From Fenollaria sporofastidiosus (GTDB taxonomy: Bacteria; Bacillota; Clostridia; Tissierellales; Peptoniphilaceae), in the NCBI RefSeq assembly GCF_943169635.2, contig NZ_OW968186.1, positions 1,378,239 through 1,410,238 of the forward strand: a DNA stretch of 32,000 bases, written 5' to 3'. The translations under genes were made by a program, and so were the position numbers. Under the pieces are notes generated by a model. It did no database searches and was not told the origin of the DNA. It saw only the letters and a list, made by a program, of their open reading frames with translations. Of this stretch, positions 1 through 9,524 are shown in pieces (position 1 is the stretch's first letter; each line of letters begins with the position of its first letter).

Positions 1-285
1 ATAATAAGAAATAAATATTCCTCAAAAGGAAATATCATAAAAGTAAAAATATAAATCCACATCTCCATCACCAATCTGAGAAATGTATTTATTTTAAAAT
101 ATGCGAAAAGATTAAAGCTATATATTGCCAATATCTTTATGTATGGCACATGATTAAATATAGCTATTAGTGATACAATAAATATTAAAAATAAAATAAA
201 ACTATTATACTGGGCTTCTTTTACATCCTTGTATGATATATAAAAGAACTAGAGATAAGATTATATAAAGCTACTAGCATTTCAT
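1..285 (-). pseudogene. Probable type IV prepilin peptidase (A24 family)-like membrane protein; N-terminal part only, runs off the window start; frame-disrupted as sequenced
   Basis: The minus strand reads as hydrophobic membrane-protein text (ISYKDVKEAQYNSFILFLIFIVSLIAIFNHVPYIKILAIY...). A neighbouring frame around 55-80 gives SQIGDGDVDLY, which resembles the G-x-G-D-V-K-L second catalytic-Asp motif of A24 peptidases. An ATG at 283-285 lies 7 nt after the pilin stop. At least two frame switches are needed. Confidence 0.35.
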
Positions 286-292
286 TTCTTTA

Positions 293-694
293 TTATTTGA
301 AAGTGCCACCGCCAGTATTAGCTGGGCTTGTTTTAGTTCCTGTAGTAATCTTATCTGGGCTAACAGTAATTACACCATTGGCGTCAATTTTAACGGTATA
401 TATAGTAGATCTATTTTGAGCTATGGATGAAGGGACTTTAACGTCATTCTTTAAGTAGCCCTCTTTAAACAATGTCTCAGAAGTCACATCATGTTTGTCT
501 GGAAACTCATTGAAATATAGTAGTGCAACTGAACTTATTTGGTCAACATTTGCATTATGAGCAGTTCTTTCCGCACTCATCTTTATAGCTTTATAAGCTG
601 GTATAGCAACAGCAATAAGTATTGCTACTATAGCTATAGATATAATGATTTCTACAAAAGTAAATCCTTTTTTGCTTTTACACTTCTTATTCAT
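293..694 (-). CDS. Type IV pilin / ComGC-like pseudopilin precursor
   Basis: Intact 133-aa ORF. It has a class III signal, MNKKCKSKKG|FTFVEIIISIAIVAILIAV, with Gly-1, Phe+1, Glu+5 and a hydrophobic helix. The RBS GAAGGAGGAAAG lies just upstream, and the gene follows the platform-protein gene. Confidence 0.85.
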   Translation of the reverse strand: MNKKCKSKKGFTFVEIIISIAIVAILIAVAIPAYKAIKMSAERTAHNANVDQISSVALLYFNEFPDKHDVTSETLFKEGYLKNDVKVPSSIAQNRSTIYTVKIDANGVITVSPDKITTGTKTSPANTGGGTFK

Positions 695-708
695 AATCTT
701 TCCTCCTT

Positions 709-1922
709 CTAAGAAATAATGCTTGTCATCGAGTCATACATTGGTTTAAATACCATAAGTAAGATTAGCATGATTACTAAGCCCATAATTATAGTCATAA
801 GCGGCTCTATAGAGTTTACAAACTTATCAAGTCTTCTCTTTAAGTCTCGTTTATATAGTGACAAAACATTCTCTATAATTTCAACGAGATGCTCTGACTC
901 ATATCCAGTTATCAATATGGTCTTTACATCTTCTAAGAAAATATGACTTGAATTAACAACGTTTTGAAATGTTTCTCCCTCGTTTAAACTCTTAGTCATC
1001 CTTTCAAATTCCGTCCTTAGGTAAATTAAATCGAAGTTTTTAGAGAAGAAATCGAAAATTTCATTAACTTTACTACCAGACTTAAGCATGCTTAGCATAT
1101 AATATAAAATTCTGTAATTTATTCTAGACTTATATAAACCGTTTTTGATTCAAGCAAATATTTTGCTTAAAATATAAAATTTATCATTTTGATTAAGTAT
1201 AATGCTCAAAATTACAATAATAATTATTCCAAGAATATAATAAATATAGTTATACTTTATAGAATTGCTTACTATAAGCAAAAGTTTTAAACTATCTGGC
1301 ATTAGATTAGTATCATTGTCAAATAAATATGAAAATTGTGGAACTAAAAGACTATAATCATGATTATAAACGCAATCAAGGCTAGCATTAAAAACTTAGG
1401 TTTAATCATGATATTGCTGATCGTACTCTTGTACTCTTCTTGTTCGTAAAGGTTCTCGCTTATCTCTAATATTTGCTCTGAAAGGTCTTTTGAGTTTTTG
1501 CTTGTTTTTATATGTTCTGACTTCTCGGCTATCCTTAAGCTTAATAAAGATAAATTATCAAGTATGTCTAGCTTTGATAGTATATCCGACAATGTGAATC
1601 CATGCTCAATAAGATCTTTGATGAGTAAATAATAATTCTTTCAAAGGATCGCTAAGCGCTGAAGAACTTTGATACATTTGTTCAAGAATTTGTGGCAGGT
1701 TGTTATTTATCTTCAAATTAAATGCGATAATTCTGAAAAGTTTGCTATGTCCTTTCTTCTTACGCTGTTAATTTTAAGTATTCTATAAATCTTAGCAGGT
1801 CTAAAATACTTAACACTCATAAAATCAATATTAGAATCTTTAGTCTTAAGAAAGGCTTCGTAGATGTTCTTTGCGCTCACGCTTTTCGCTGCTGCATCTT
1901 CAAATATTATTTCATATTTCAT
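709..1922 (-). pseudogene. GspF/PilC/ComGB-family inner-membrane platform protein, multiply disrupted
   Basis: Fragments 1713-1922, 1344-1592 and 709-1098, plus an unlisted open stretch 1153-1343, join into about 400 aa of T2SS-F-like sequence (…FSELSHLI…, …VPQFSYLFDNDTNLMPDSLKLL…, …GYESEHLVEIIENV…IEPLMTIIMGLVI…). The join needs frameshifts near 1344, 1600 and 1710, and there is an in-frame TGA at 1150-1152. Confidence 0.8.
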
Positions 1923-3050
1923 TTATGTCGCCTTCTTTAAAGTCCATGTATGTTTTTCATCTATAAAATTATTTTCAAGCAAATAATTTATAGAGTCTTC
2001 AAAGCTTACATAATCAGATAGCTTCTTCATCTCATTGTAAATTTCACTTGTTAGTTTTGTATTGTTCTTTAGTAACAAGTCTCTTATCTTATCATTAATA
2101 AGTAGTATTTCAAATACTGCAATTCTGCCAAAGTATTTATCATTACCATCTTGAGCTATTAGGTCTTGCTTATCATAAGAAGACCTCAAGCGCTTAACAA
2201 GTCTTTGGTTAATTATTGCATTTAGAGAAGTAAATAGATAAGACGCTTCTACATCCATTTCTAAAAGTCTGTTGATACTTGTTACTGGGCTCATACTGTG
2301 CAAGGTAGTAATAATCTTATGACCAGTTAACGAAGCTCTAACAGCAATTTGTGCAGAATCTTCATCTCTTATCTCGCCTATGGCAATAACATCTGGGTCC
2401 TGTCTTAGTATGGCTCTAAGTGTGTTTGCAAATGTTATGTCCTTATAATCATGTATTTCAATTTGATCAATATCATTAACCCTATACTCTACTGGATCTT
2501 CAACGCTAACTATACTAAGGCGCTCTTTGTCTAGATTATTAAGCATGGTATACATAGTTGAGTTCTTGCCTGAACCTGTTGGTCCTGTAATAATAGTCAT
2601 TTGATACTTATACTTAACAATCTTTTCGAATAATTCTTTTGCTTTGTCGGACAAGCCAATGTTATCAACAGTAAACATCTCTTTATTGTTTAGAATCCTA
2701 ATACAAATTTTCTCTCCATATATTGCTTCGATAAAGGATACTCTAAGGTCAACTTCGCCATGACTAAATCTTCCATCTTGTGGTGCGAATTTAATCGCAG
2801 TATCGCACTCAGCCTTAATCTTGATAATGTTAACAATATTTTGATAAGCATTTTTATTAATCTTTTAAAAACACAAGTTCGCCATCAATCCTGAGCCTAA
2901 TTAATATATACTTATCATACGGTTCAAAGTGTATATCACTAGCTCTATTATCAATGGCGTAATCAATAATATTTTAATAAATTCTTCAGCTTTTGTTGTT
3001 TGAATTTCTAAAATTCCTTTATCATCATATAAAGAAGATAGTTTATTCAT
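1923..3050 (-). pseudogene. GspE/PilB/ComGA-family secretion/pilus assembly ATPase, frame-disrupted in the N-terminal third
   Basis: The 251-aa ORF 1923-2678 carries Walker A GPTGSGKNST and the His box LTGHKIITTLHS. Upstream frames read ...NRASDIHFEPYDKYILIRLRIDGELVFLK... and ...FAPQDGRFSHGEVDLRVSFIEAIYGEKICIRIL..., with the ATG at 3048-3050 behind the RBS AGGAAGG. Adding one base to each of the runs at 2972-2975 and 2863-2866 restores the frame. Confidence 0.88.
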
Positions 3051-4269
3051 TTGCCTTCCTTCTAATCATATAATTATATTGAACTTTCTTATCATATGGT
3101 AGATAAGCTTCCTTCATAGGTGTGTTTATATTGTCAACCTCTTGCATGTTTTCATCATAAATCTTCTCAATAGTAAATTTATCATAAAACTTAGGTCCAA
3201 ATATTTCTACTTCGTCTCCTATAGAGAATTTGTTTCTCTTGAAGCTTCATAAGCTTTTTGTCTTCGTCGTAATCAATTACTTTAGCAACAAAGTCATATA
3301 ATCTTATATGATGAGTTGTCATATGTTAAAGAAGCATTTTAACATCTCCAAAGAAAATGCAGTAGTAAAGTCTCTGTGACTAACTTTTTATTTCGTCAAG
3401 ATAAACATTGTTATCTCTATTGTAGATGTACCTATCTAAATCTTCGTAATAATCATCAATTGCTTTTCTATATTGATTAATAACAGTTGCAACATAGTAC
3501 TCAGACTTAACTCTACCTTCAATTTTGAATGAATCAACTCCCGCTTCAATTAACTCAGGAATGTAATTTATCATACATAGATCCTTAGAGTTCATTATAT
3601 ATGTGCCTTTTTCATCCTCTGTTATTGGATAATATTCACCTGGTCTAGTCTCTTCCATTAGATAATATTTATATCTGCATGGATGAGCGCAATCGCCCAT
3701 GTTAGCATTTCTACCTGTCATAAAGTTTGATAAAAGGCATCTACCTGAGTAGCTCATACACATAGCTCCGTGCACAAAGGCTTCAATCATAATTTTATCT
3801 TTTACTTCATCTTTTATCTCTTTTATCTCTTTTAAACTTAGTTCTCTAGCAAGTATAACTCTATCTGCTCCAAGACTGTGCCAAAATTCAACAGTAGCAG
3901 TATTTGTAATATTAGCTTGTGTGCTTATATGAATTTCTTTGCTTGGTGCTAGCGTTTTAACCTTTTGGAATATACCAGGGTCTGATACAATAAACGCATC
4001 TACACCCGCATCGTCCATGCTTTGTATATATTCATCAACACCTTCTAGATCTTTATTGTGAGATATGACATTTAATGTTAAATATACTTTTTTATCTAAA
4101 CTATGAGCGAGCTTTGTTGCTTCTTTTATATCATCTAAACTTAAATTCTTAGAAGCAGTTCTTAATCCAAGCTTGTCTCCAGCTAGATATACAGCATCAG
4201 CTCCATATTGTATAGCAGTTTTAAATTTTCTAAATCTCCTGCTGGTGCTAATAATTCAACTTTTTTCAT
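3043..4269 (-). pseudogene. Peptidase U32 family protein (YrrO/PrtC-like), frame-disrupted
   Basis: The core ORF 3380-4018 contains the U32 signature EAFVHGAMCMSYSGRCLLS. The N-terminus MKKVELLAPAGDLENLK(T)AIQYGADAVYLAGD starts at the ATG 4267-4269 and is broken at run 4229-4232. The C-terminal text ...RNKFSIGDEVEIFGP...NYMIRRKANE ends at the TAA 3043-3045. Synteny is mltG-yrrM-U32, as in B. subtilis yrrL-yrrM-yrrNO. Confidence 0.85.
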
Positions 4270-4270
4270 C

Positions 4271-4936
4271 TTACTCCTTCCTTAAAAGCAATAAGCCATC
4301 GTGAACAGTAAGTAAACTTGCTGTAAACCTCTTATCGCTTTTAGTATCTTCAATAAATTTTTAAATTCTTTATTATGGTTCTATATCGTTTATTGTCTTC
4401 ATCTTTAGCTACATAACCTCTAAATAAAATGTTATCTATAATTATGAGAGCATTATCACTTGTTAAATCATATACTAAGTTTAGGTACTCTTCATACTGT
4501 GATTTATTTGCGTCGATAAAGCAAAATCATATTTCTCATTATTGTCCATGCTTTTCAAAACGCTTATCGCATCATCATTAAAAGCTTTTATTTTATTTGA
4601 CGAGTCATAATTTTTAAGATTTTCTTCTAATATCTTAAAAGTCTCTTCATCCTTTTCTATGGTTAATATATTAGCTCCCGAAGCTTTTGCCATAATTAAA
4701 GATGAATATCCTATAGCCGAGCCTATCTCTAAAATGTTTTTAGGCTTAATAGTTTTCAGTATTAACTCTAAAAATCTTGCCACGTCTTGAGAGACAATAG
4801 GAACCCTATTTGACTTAGCATACTCGACTAGTTCAGTAAAAGATTCTCTTTTAGAGGAAAAATCTTCTACGTAGTTAAAAACGTCCTCATCTATAAATTG
4901 ACTAATCATTGTTGCTCTTGTATTCCTTTTTATCAT
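4271..4936 (-). pseudogene. SAM-dependent O-methyltransferase, family 3 (YrrM/TrmR-like), frame-disrupted in the C-terminal third
   Basis: ORF 4481-4936 carries the SAM motif ILEIGSAIGYSS. The sequence continues in other frames as ...IDANKSQYEEYLNLVYDLTSDNALIIIDNILFRGYV... and ...FIEDTKSDKRFTASLLTVHDGLLLLRKE, ending at the stop 4271-4273. An alternative start is the ATG at 4907-4909 (MISQFIDEDV). Confidence 0.8.
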
Positions 4937-5928
4937 CTAAGAACTTATTGTAATCAGATGAGAAGTTATGAGCTCCATCTGAACCCGGCTTAACTACGAA
5001 GTATAAGTAGTCAACATCAGCTGGATGAAGGCTCGCAACGATGGATGCCTCGCCAGGATTGCAGATTGGTGCAGGTGGCAAGCCATCATGTGTATATGTG
5101 TTAAATGGTGAGTCAACTTTTAAATCTTCATTTGAAAGTTTTGGCTTTCTCTCGCCAAGCGCGTATTGAATTGTTGCGCAAGATTGAAGTCTTATATTCT
5201 TCTCGATTCTATTTAAGAAAACTTTAGCTATTATAGGTCTCTCCTCATCAAGTTTAGCTTCTCTTTCAACGATAGATGCTAAAGTGATAAGCTTATTCAA
5301 ATCGTCAACTTCACTACTAATCTTGCTATAAATATTATTAAAAGCATTGAGCATCATAGTGACAATCTCTTCACTACTCGAGCCTATCGCAATATCGTAG
5401 GTTGCAGGAAATAAAAATCCTTCCAAAGTATCGTTATTAATACTTGATAAAAATTCATATTTTTCTTTGTATTTATCAAGATTCTTGCATTCATTTAAAA
5501 AGTCTTCACTTGAAACAAGACCCTTTTCTTCTAATCTTTGAGCAATACGTGTTAATTCGAAGCCCTCTGGTATAGTTACTTTAACAGTTTCTCCTTTTTT
5601 ACCCTCACCCTTGCCTGCAATTATATTTGCAATTTCTAGTAAAGTCATAGATTTTTTCAATTTAAAAGTACCGCTTTTTATATGTTTTTCAAGATCGTTC
5701 TCCTTTAGTACATCTTTAAAAGCAGTTCCATTCCTAATAATTTTATTTTCATAAAGCTCTCTCGCTACGTCAGAAGCACCGCTTCCTTCAGCGATTTCGA
5801 TAGTATATTCAGTATCGTCATTTACATCGTAAGGTTTATACATGCTCGATACGCATGAGTTTACCTTCCATATAATTGCAATAACTATAAGTATTAAGAC
5901 AGTTATTGTAATTATCCTTCTTTTTCAT
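4902..5928 (-). pseudogene. mltG: Endolytic murein transglycosylase MltG (YceG family); only the start codon region is out of frame
   Basis: The 313-aa ORF has the YceG hallmark ...LASIVEREAKLDEERP.... Upstream in the same frame is a TM anchor, RIITITTVLILIVIAIIWKV. The ATG at 5926-5928 comes into frame if the T5 run at 5921-5925 is one base longer. Confidence 0.9.
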
Positions 5929-5932
5929 TAAA

Positions 5933-6417
5933 TCACCTTTTAATTCTGTTATCATAGATATAATATATTATTGATCCAAATACTGCAACGCTTATAGCTT
6001 CTCCGCCCATGATACCTAATACTGTTGTAAAATATGGAATATTTGAGAAATATGATACCCATATTGACACTAAAATCCATTTAATATTATAGGTGGAAGC
6101 ATAGCTAAATACTTAGATTTTGATTTTCTTGTTAAATATGCAGCTACTAGTGTAACTAAGCTACCGCAAATAATATCTATCATGCCATAGCCTGACATAA
6201 AAGATAAAAATATGTTTGATATTAAACATCCTATGAATAATCCAGGAACTGCTGCAGCTTCCATTAGTGGAAGTACTGTTAATCCTTCAGCAAGTCTAAG
6301 CTGTATCGGTCCAAATGTTAATTGTTGGAACGGTAATATTGTTTGCAATAGTATAAGTATTGTGTAAAGTGTAGCAATTAAAGCCGCTTTTGTAATTGTG
6401 TTTGTTTTTGTCTTCAT
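5933..6417 (-). pseudogene. queT: Queuosine-precursor transporter QueT (ECF S-component type), one frameshift
   Basis: The 115-aa ORF reads MKTKTNTITKAALIATLYTILILLQTILPF...FGPIQLRLAEGLTVLPL...PGLFIGCLISNIF, which is typical of QueT. The C-terminus ...LVSIWVSYFSNIPYFTTVLGIMGGEAISVAVFGSIIYYIYDNRIKR is recovered by adding one base to the run at 6072-6075. The stop TGA is at 5933-5935. Confidence 0.75.
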
Positions 6418-6439
6418 TTTTAGTCTCCCTCGTTGAAAT

Positions 6440-6776
6440 TTATGTAAATGAGTAAACCTATAAGCCGTGTTCTGTATTAGATGGTTATCTATCTAGTTTT
6501 AATGTTACCATTAAAATCAAGCAACTTACCTTACAGGAGGTTACGAGCAATAACCTTTTATCCTTCTTTGTTTTGCTCCGAATGGGGTTTACATGTCACC
6601 TTTAGTCGCCTAAAAGTAGGTAGTCTCTTACACTGCCTTTCCACCCTTACCAAAATGGCGGTCTATTTCTGTTGCACTATCCTTGAAGTCGCCTTCACTG
6701 GACGTTATCCAGCATTCTGCTCTGTGGAGCACGGACTTTCCTCATGCCTAAGCACGCAACCATCTGGTTTACTCAT
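6440..6776 (-). ncRNA. rnpB: RNase P RNA, bacterial type B
   Basis: The minus strand contains GAGGAAAGUCCGUGCUC near the 5' end, plus GUAAACCCC, AGAUAGAUAACCAUC and ACAGAACACGGCUUAUAGGUUUACU. P1 pairs AGUAAACC (6766-6773) with GGUUUACU (6441-6448). This is a local GC-rich island in AT-rich DNA, and the plus-strand ORFs across it are spurious. Confidence 0.93.
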
Positions 6777-6786
6777 TACAAAGTTT

Positions 6787-6815
6787 ATTATACTACAAAA
6801 TGCATAAAATTCTAT
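6787..6815 (-). promoter_or_regulatory. Candidate sigma-A promoter of rnpB (perfect -10, weak -35)
   Basis: On the minus strand, TATAAT (6787-6792) lies about 10 nt upstream of the P1 5' end. The -35 position (17-nt spacer) reads only ATAGAA. Confidence 0.4.
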
Positions 6816-6822
6816 ATTATTT

Positions 6823-7578
6823 CTACATTATCAGTGAAAGAAGAGAAATTTTAACTATCTCAATGCCATTTGTATGTTTCTTTAATATATCCTCTATGAT
6901 ATTAACAAAAGCACTCTCACTACTGTTGTGGTCTTGCATAATTAAATTAATCTTTGCATTTCTTAGTGCTTGTATGTCATGATATCCTAAATCAGATGTT
7001 ATAACAGTGTCAGGCCTTTCTTCGATAGCATTTTCTACAAAATCTCTGCCACTACCATTTAATATCATAAGCCTGCTGTTACGATTATTATTTTTATATA
7101 CTTGTATATATTTCGCATTATTAATATCTTTAATGATATATCCCAAATCTTTTAATGATACATCCTTTATGTCTCCAACAACTCCATAGCCCATATCATC
7201 ATTTACCTTGATAGCAAAATCTGTATTAGAAAGCTTTAGATTGTCTTTGTAAAATTTATAAAAACCAGAGCTTTGAACATCGAATGATGTGTGCGCGCTA
7301 TAGTATATGATGTCATTTTTAATCATATGCTTAATTAGCTTTGAGCTTGCATTCATATCAATCTCTTTTATGCCTTTAAAAATTAAAGGATGATGCGTTA
7401 TCACCATATCCACATCATCCAGTTCTTTAATATCATCATATAAGAGATCAACGCTTAAATAAATCTTTTTTATATCTTCTTTATCTAGATCTATTATCAA
7501 TCCAGAATTATCCCAAGGCTCTCTATACTCCTTTGGGAAGATACTTTCAATTATCTTTATAATTTCATTCTTTTTCAT
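6823..7578 (-). CDS. Nif3-like dinuclear metal centre protein (YqfO family, short form)
   Basis: Intact 251-aa ORF. The N-terminus ...IFPKEYREPWDNSGLIIDL... and ...ITHHPLIFKG... are typical of NIF3. It lies downstream of trmK, as in B. subtilis yqfN-yqfO. Confidence 0.88.
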   Translation of the reverse strand: MKKNEIIKIIESIFPKEYREPWDNSGLIIDLDKEDIKKIYLSVDLLYDDIKELDDVDMVITHHPLIFKGIKEIDMNASSKLIKHMIKNDIIYYSAHTSFDVQSSGFYKFYKDNLKLSNTDFAIKVNDDMGYGVVGDIKDVSLKDLGYIIKDINNAKYIQVYKNNNRNSRLMILNGSGRDFVENAIEERPDTVITSDLGYHDIQALRNAKINLIMQDHNSSESAFVNIIEDILKKHTNGIEIVKISLLSLIM

Positions 7579-8248
7579 TGATCTTCTCCATATATTTTTT
7601 AATTTTATTTAAATCTTTACTTAACTCTTCAAACTTGCTTAAATTCTTCTCTTTGTTAATCCTATTAAGTATATCTTTTATACTCTTAATTTCATTTTCA
7701 TAATACACTTTAAGGTATTCAATGTCTTGCATGTCAAAGTTAACTGGCAAAGTGTAGTCCTCAACATTAGTTTTCTTATTAATCACTTCATAGAGCCTAT
7801 AGTATTTTTCTTTCTCAATAAACAAACGTTCTTTCTTTATGAAAAAATCATTCTCCTTAAAATACTTTCTAATGTTCGAGCCTTCACCCATAGCTTGTAT
7901 TATTATACTACTAAAGCATCTTACCTTGTCTAAGCTCTTTGATAGTATGCTTACTATAGTCTCTTCGCCCATACCGGCAATTAAAAGTGTATCGTATCCC
8001 TTGCTATCTATATTAACAAGACCATCGCTTACAATAAATTTAATTTTATCTTTATACTTAACGCCAGAAAGTAATAGCTCAGCTTTTTCTAATGATTTTT
8101 CACTTATATCGCTTTCAATAACCTTATCTATAGTGCCATTATCCAAAAGCATCTTTGCTATATAGCCGTGATCGCAACCAACATCTATAAGCGAGGAACC
8201 TTTTTTAATGGACTTAGATATCTCAATAAGTCTCTTTGAATAATTCAT
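7565..8248 (-). CDS. trmK: tRNA (adenine22-N1)-methyltransferase TrmK (YqfN)
   Basis: Intact 227-aa ORF with LIDVGCDHGYIAKML. Its start ATG overlaps the sigA stop (TAATG). Confidence 0.88.
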   Translation of the reverse strand: MNYSKRLIEISKSIKKGSSLIDVGCDHGYIAKMLLDNGTIDKVIESDISEKSLEKAELLLSGVKYKDKIKFIVSDGLVNIDSKGYDTLLIAGMGEETIVSILSKSLDKVRCFSSIIIQAMGEGSNIRKYFKENDFFIKKERLFIEKEKYYRLYEVINKKTNVEDYTLPVNFDMQDIEYLKVYYENEIKSIKDILNRINKEKNLSKFEELSKDLNKIKKYMEKINEKE

Positions 8249-9507
8249 TATAGTTCAAGGAAGTCTCTAAGCTTTTTAGATCTACTTGGATGTTTTAGCT
8301 TTCTTAATGCTTTTGCTTCTATCTGTCTAATTCTTTCTCTAGTAACGTCAAAGGCTTGTCCAACCTCTTCAAGTGTTCTTGTTCTGCCATCATCAAGGCC
8401 GAATCTTAAAGCTAAAACTTTTCTTTCTCTATCTGTTAACGTGTCAAGAACAGAAATTAATTGTTCTCTAAGCATAGTGTTTGTCGCTGCATCTGATGGG
8501 GACAGTATTTCTTCATCAGGTATAAAGTCTCCTAAGTGCGAGTCTTCTTCTTCACCAATAGGTGTCTCTAATGATACTGGTTCTTGAGCAATCTTTTGTA
8601 CTTCTCTAACCTTTTCTACATCCATATTCATTAATTCAGCAACTTCTTCTGGAAGAGGGTCTCTACCTAATTCTTGTACTAATTGTCTTTGTGCTCTAAC
8701 TAACTTATTTATAGTCTCAACCATGTGTACAGGTATTCTTATAGTTCTGGCTTGGTCTGCTATGGCTCTTGTGATTGCTTGTCTAATCCACCATGTTGCA
8801 TAGGTACTAAACTTAAATCCCTTCTTGTGCTCAAACTTATCAACCGCTTTTATTAAGCCCATATTGCCTTCTTGGATCAAGTCTAAAAATTGCATACCTC
8901 TACCTACGTATCTCTTAGCAATACTAACTACAAGTCTCAAATTTGCTTCTGCAAGCTTATCTTTAGCTGACTCATCGCCTTCTTCTATCTTTTTTGCAAG
9001 TTTAACTTCTTCTTCAAAAGTAAGCAAAGGAATTCTACCTATTTCCTTAAGATACATCCTCACAGGGTCGTCAGTTATAACTATTTTGTTCTTGCCCTTT
9101 TCTTTAGCTAATTCAAGTTTATCATCCTTGCTTAATTCTTCCTCAAAAGATCTTAGCTCCTCTAAGTCAATGTCTTCTTCGTCATCGTCATCATCATCTT
9201 TATCAACATCAAAGTTTTCATCTAAGTCGATTTCTTCATCTTCATCTTTAGTGTCAATGATACTAACTTGAGCTGCATCTAGTGCATCGTAGAAAGATAT
9301 AACTTCGTCTTCAGTTACTTCAAATTTATCCAAACCATCCTCAATCTCTTTATAGTTGATGTAACCTTTTGTTCTTCCTTCGTTTAGTAGCTCATACATG
9401 GCTTGTCTTTTATCTTCGCTAACGTTTTCATCTATTATCTTTATTGCTTCATCCGTTACTTTTTCTTTTTTAATTTTCTTTGTGCTAGCATTCTTTTCTT
9501 TTTTCAT
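8248..9507 (-). CDS. sigA: Primary RNA polymerase sigma factor SigA/RpoD
   Basis: Region 2 reads [32 protein letters not shown], and region 4 reads [27 protein letters not shown]. There is an acidic N-terminal spacer. I place the start at MKKEKNAS (9505-9507), behind the RBS GAAGGGGAG, rather than at the track's start of 9528. Confidence 0.95.
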   Translation of the reverse strand: MKKEKNASTKKIKKEKVTDEAIKIIDENVSEDKRQAMYELLNEGRTKGYINYKEIEDGLDKFEVTEDEVISFYDALDAAQVSIIDTKDEDEEIDLDENFDVDKDDDDDDEEDIDLEELRSFEEELSKDDKLELAKEKGKNKIVITDDPVRMYLKEIGRIPLLTFEEEVKLAKKIEEGDESAKDKLAEANLRLVVSIAKRYVGRGMQFLDLIQEGNMGLIKAVDKFEHKKGFKFSTYATWWIRQAITRAIADQARTIRIPVHMVETINKLVRAQRQLVQELGRDPLPEEVAELMNMDVEKVREVQKIAQEPVSLETPIGEEEDSHLGDFIPDEEILSPSDAATNTMLREQLISVLDTLTDRERKVLALRFGLDDGRTRTLEEVGQAFDVTRERIRQIEAKALRKLKHPSRSKKLRDFLEL

Positions 9508-9524
9508 AAGAACACTCCCCTTCA

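Noticed and set aside
1150-1152. Whether the in-frame TGA indicates TGA=Trp (genetic code 4) or selenocysteine.
   Set aside because: TGA clearly terminates other genes in the window (dnaG at 9525-9527, queT at 5933-5935), and Trp is encoded by TGG in conserved motifs (for example GWEVW in GlyQ). No SECIS-like hairpin is evident.
3800-3845. Short tandem repeats (TCTTTTATC x2 in U32; GAT/GAA runs at 9170-9250 in sigA), examined as possible repeat or CRISPR-like structure.
   Set aside because: They are in frame and code for KEIKEIK and acidic D/E tracts. There is no spacer-repeat periodicity anywhere in the window.
6418-6470. Looked for a preQ1 riboswitch in front of queT.
   Set aside because: The interval belongs to the rnpB 3' end (P1 strand) plus an RBS. 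It has no preQ1-I hairpin with an A-rich ACUA tail and no preQ1-II-like fold.
6481-6982. Plus-strand ORFs 6481-6807 (108 aa) and 6800-6982 (60 aa).
   Set aside because: The first lies on the antisense of the GC-rich RNase P RNA gene and the second is antisense to nif3. The open frame reflects a lack of stops in structured-RNA sequence, not a protein.
8825-9271. Long plus-strand ORFs antisense to real genes. Examples are 8825-9271 (148 aa, Ser/Leu-rich), 20302-20751 (149 aa), 25942-26499, 13634-13864 and 7839-8165.
   Set aside because: These are shadow ORFs opposite strongly supported minus-strand genes (sigA, floA, ruvB, glyS, trmK). Their composition (poly-Ser/Leu from antisense GAA/GAT/AAG codons) and the lack of RBS or start context argue against coding.
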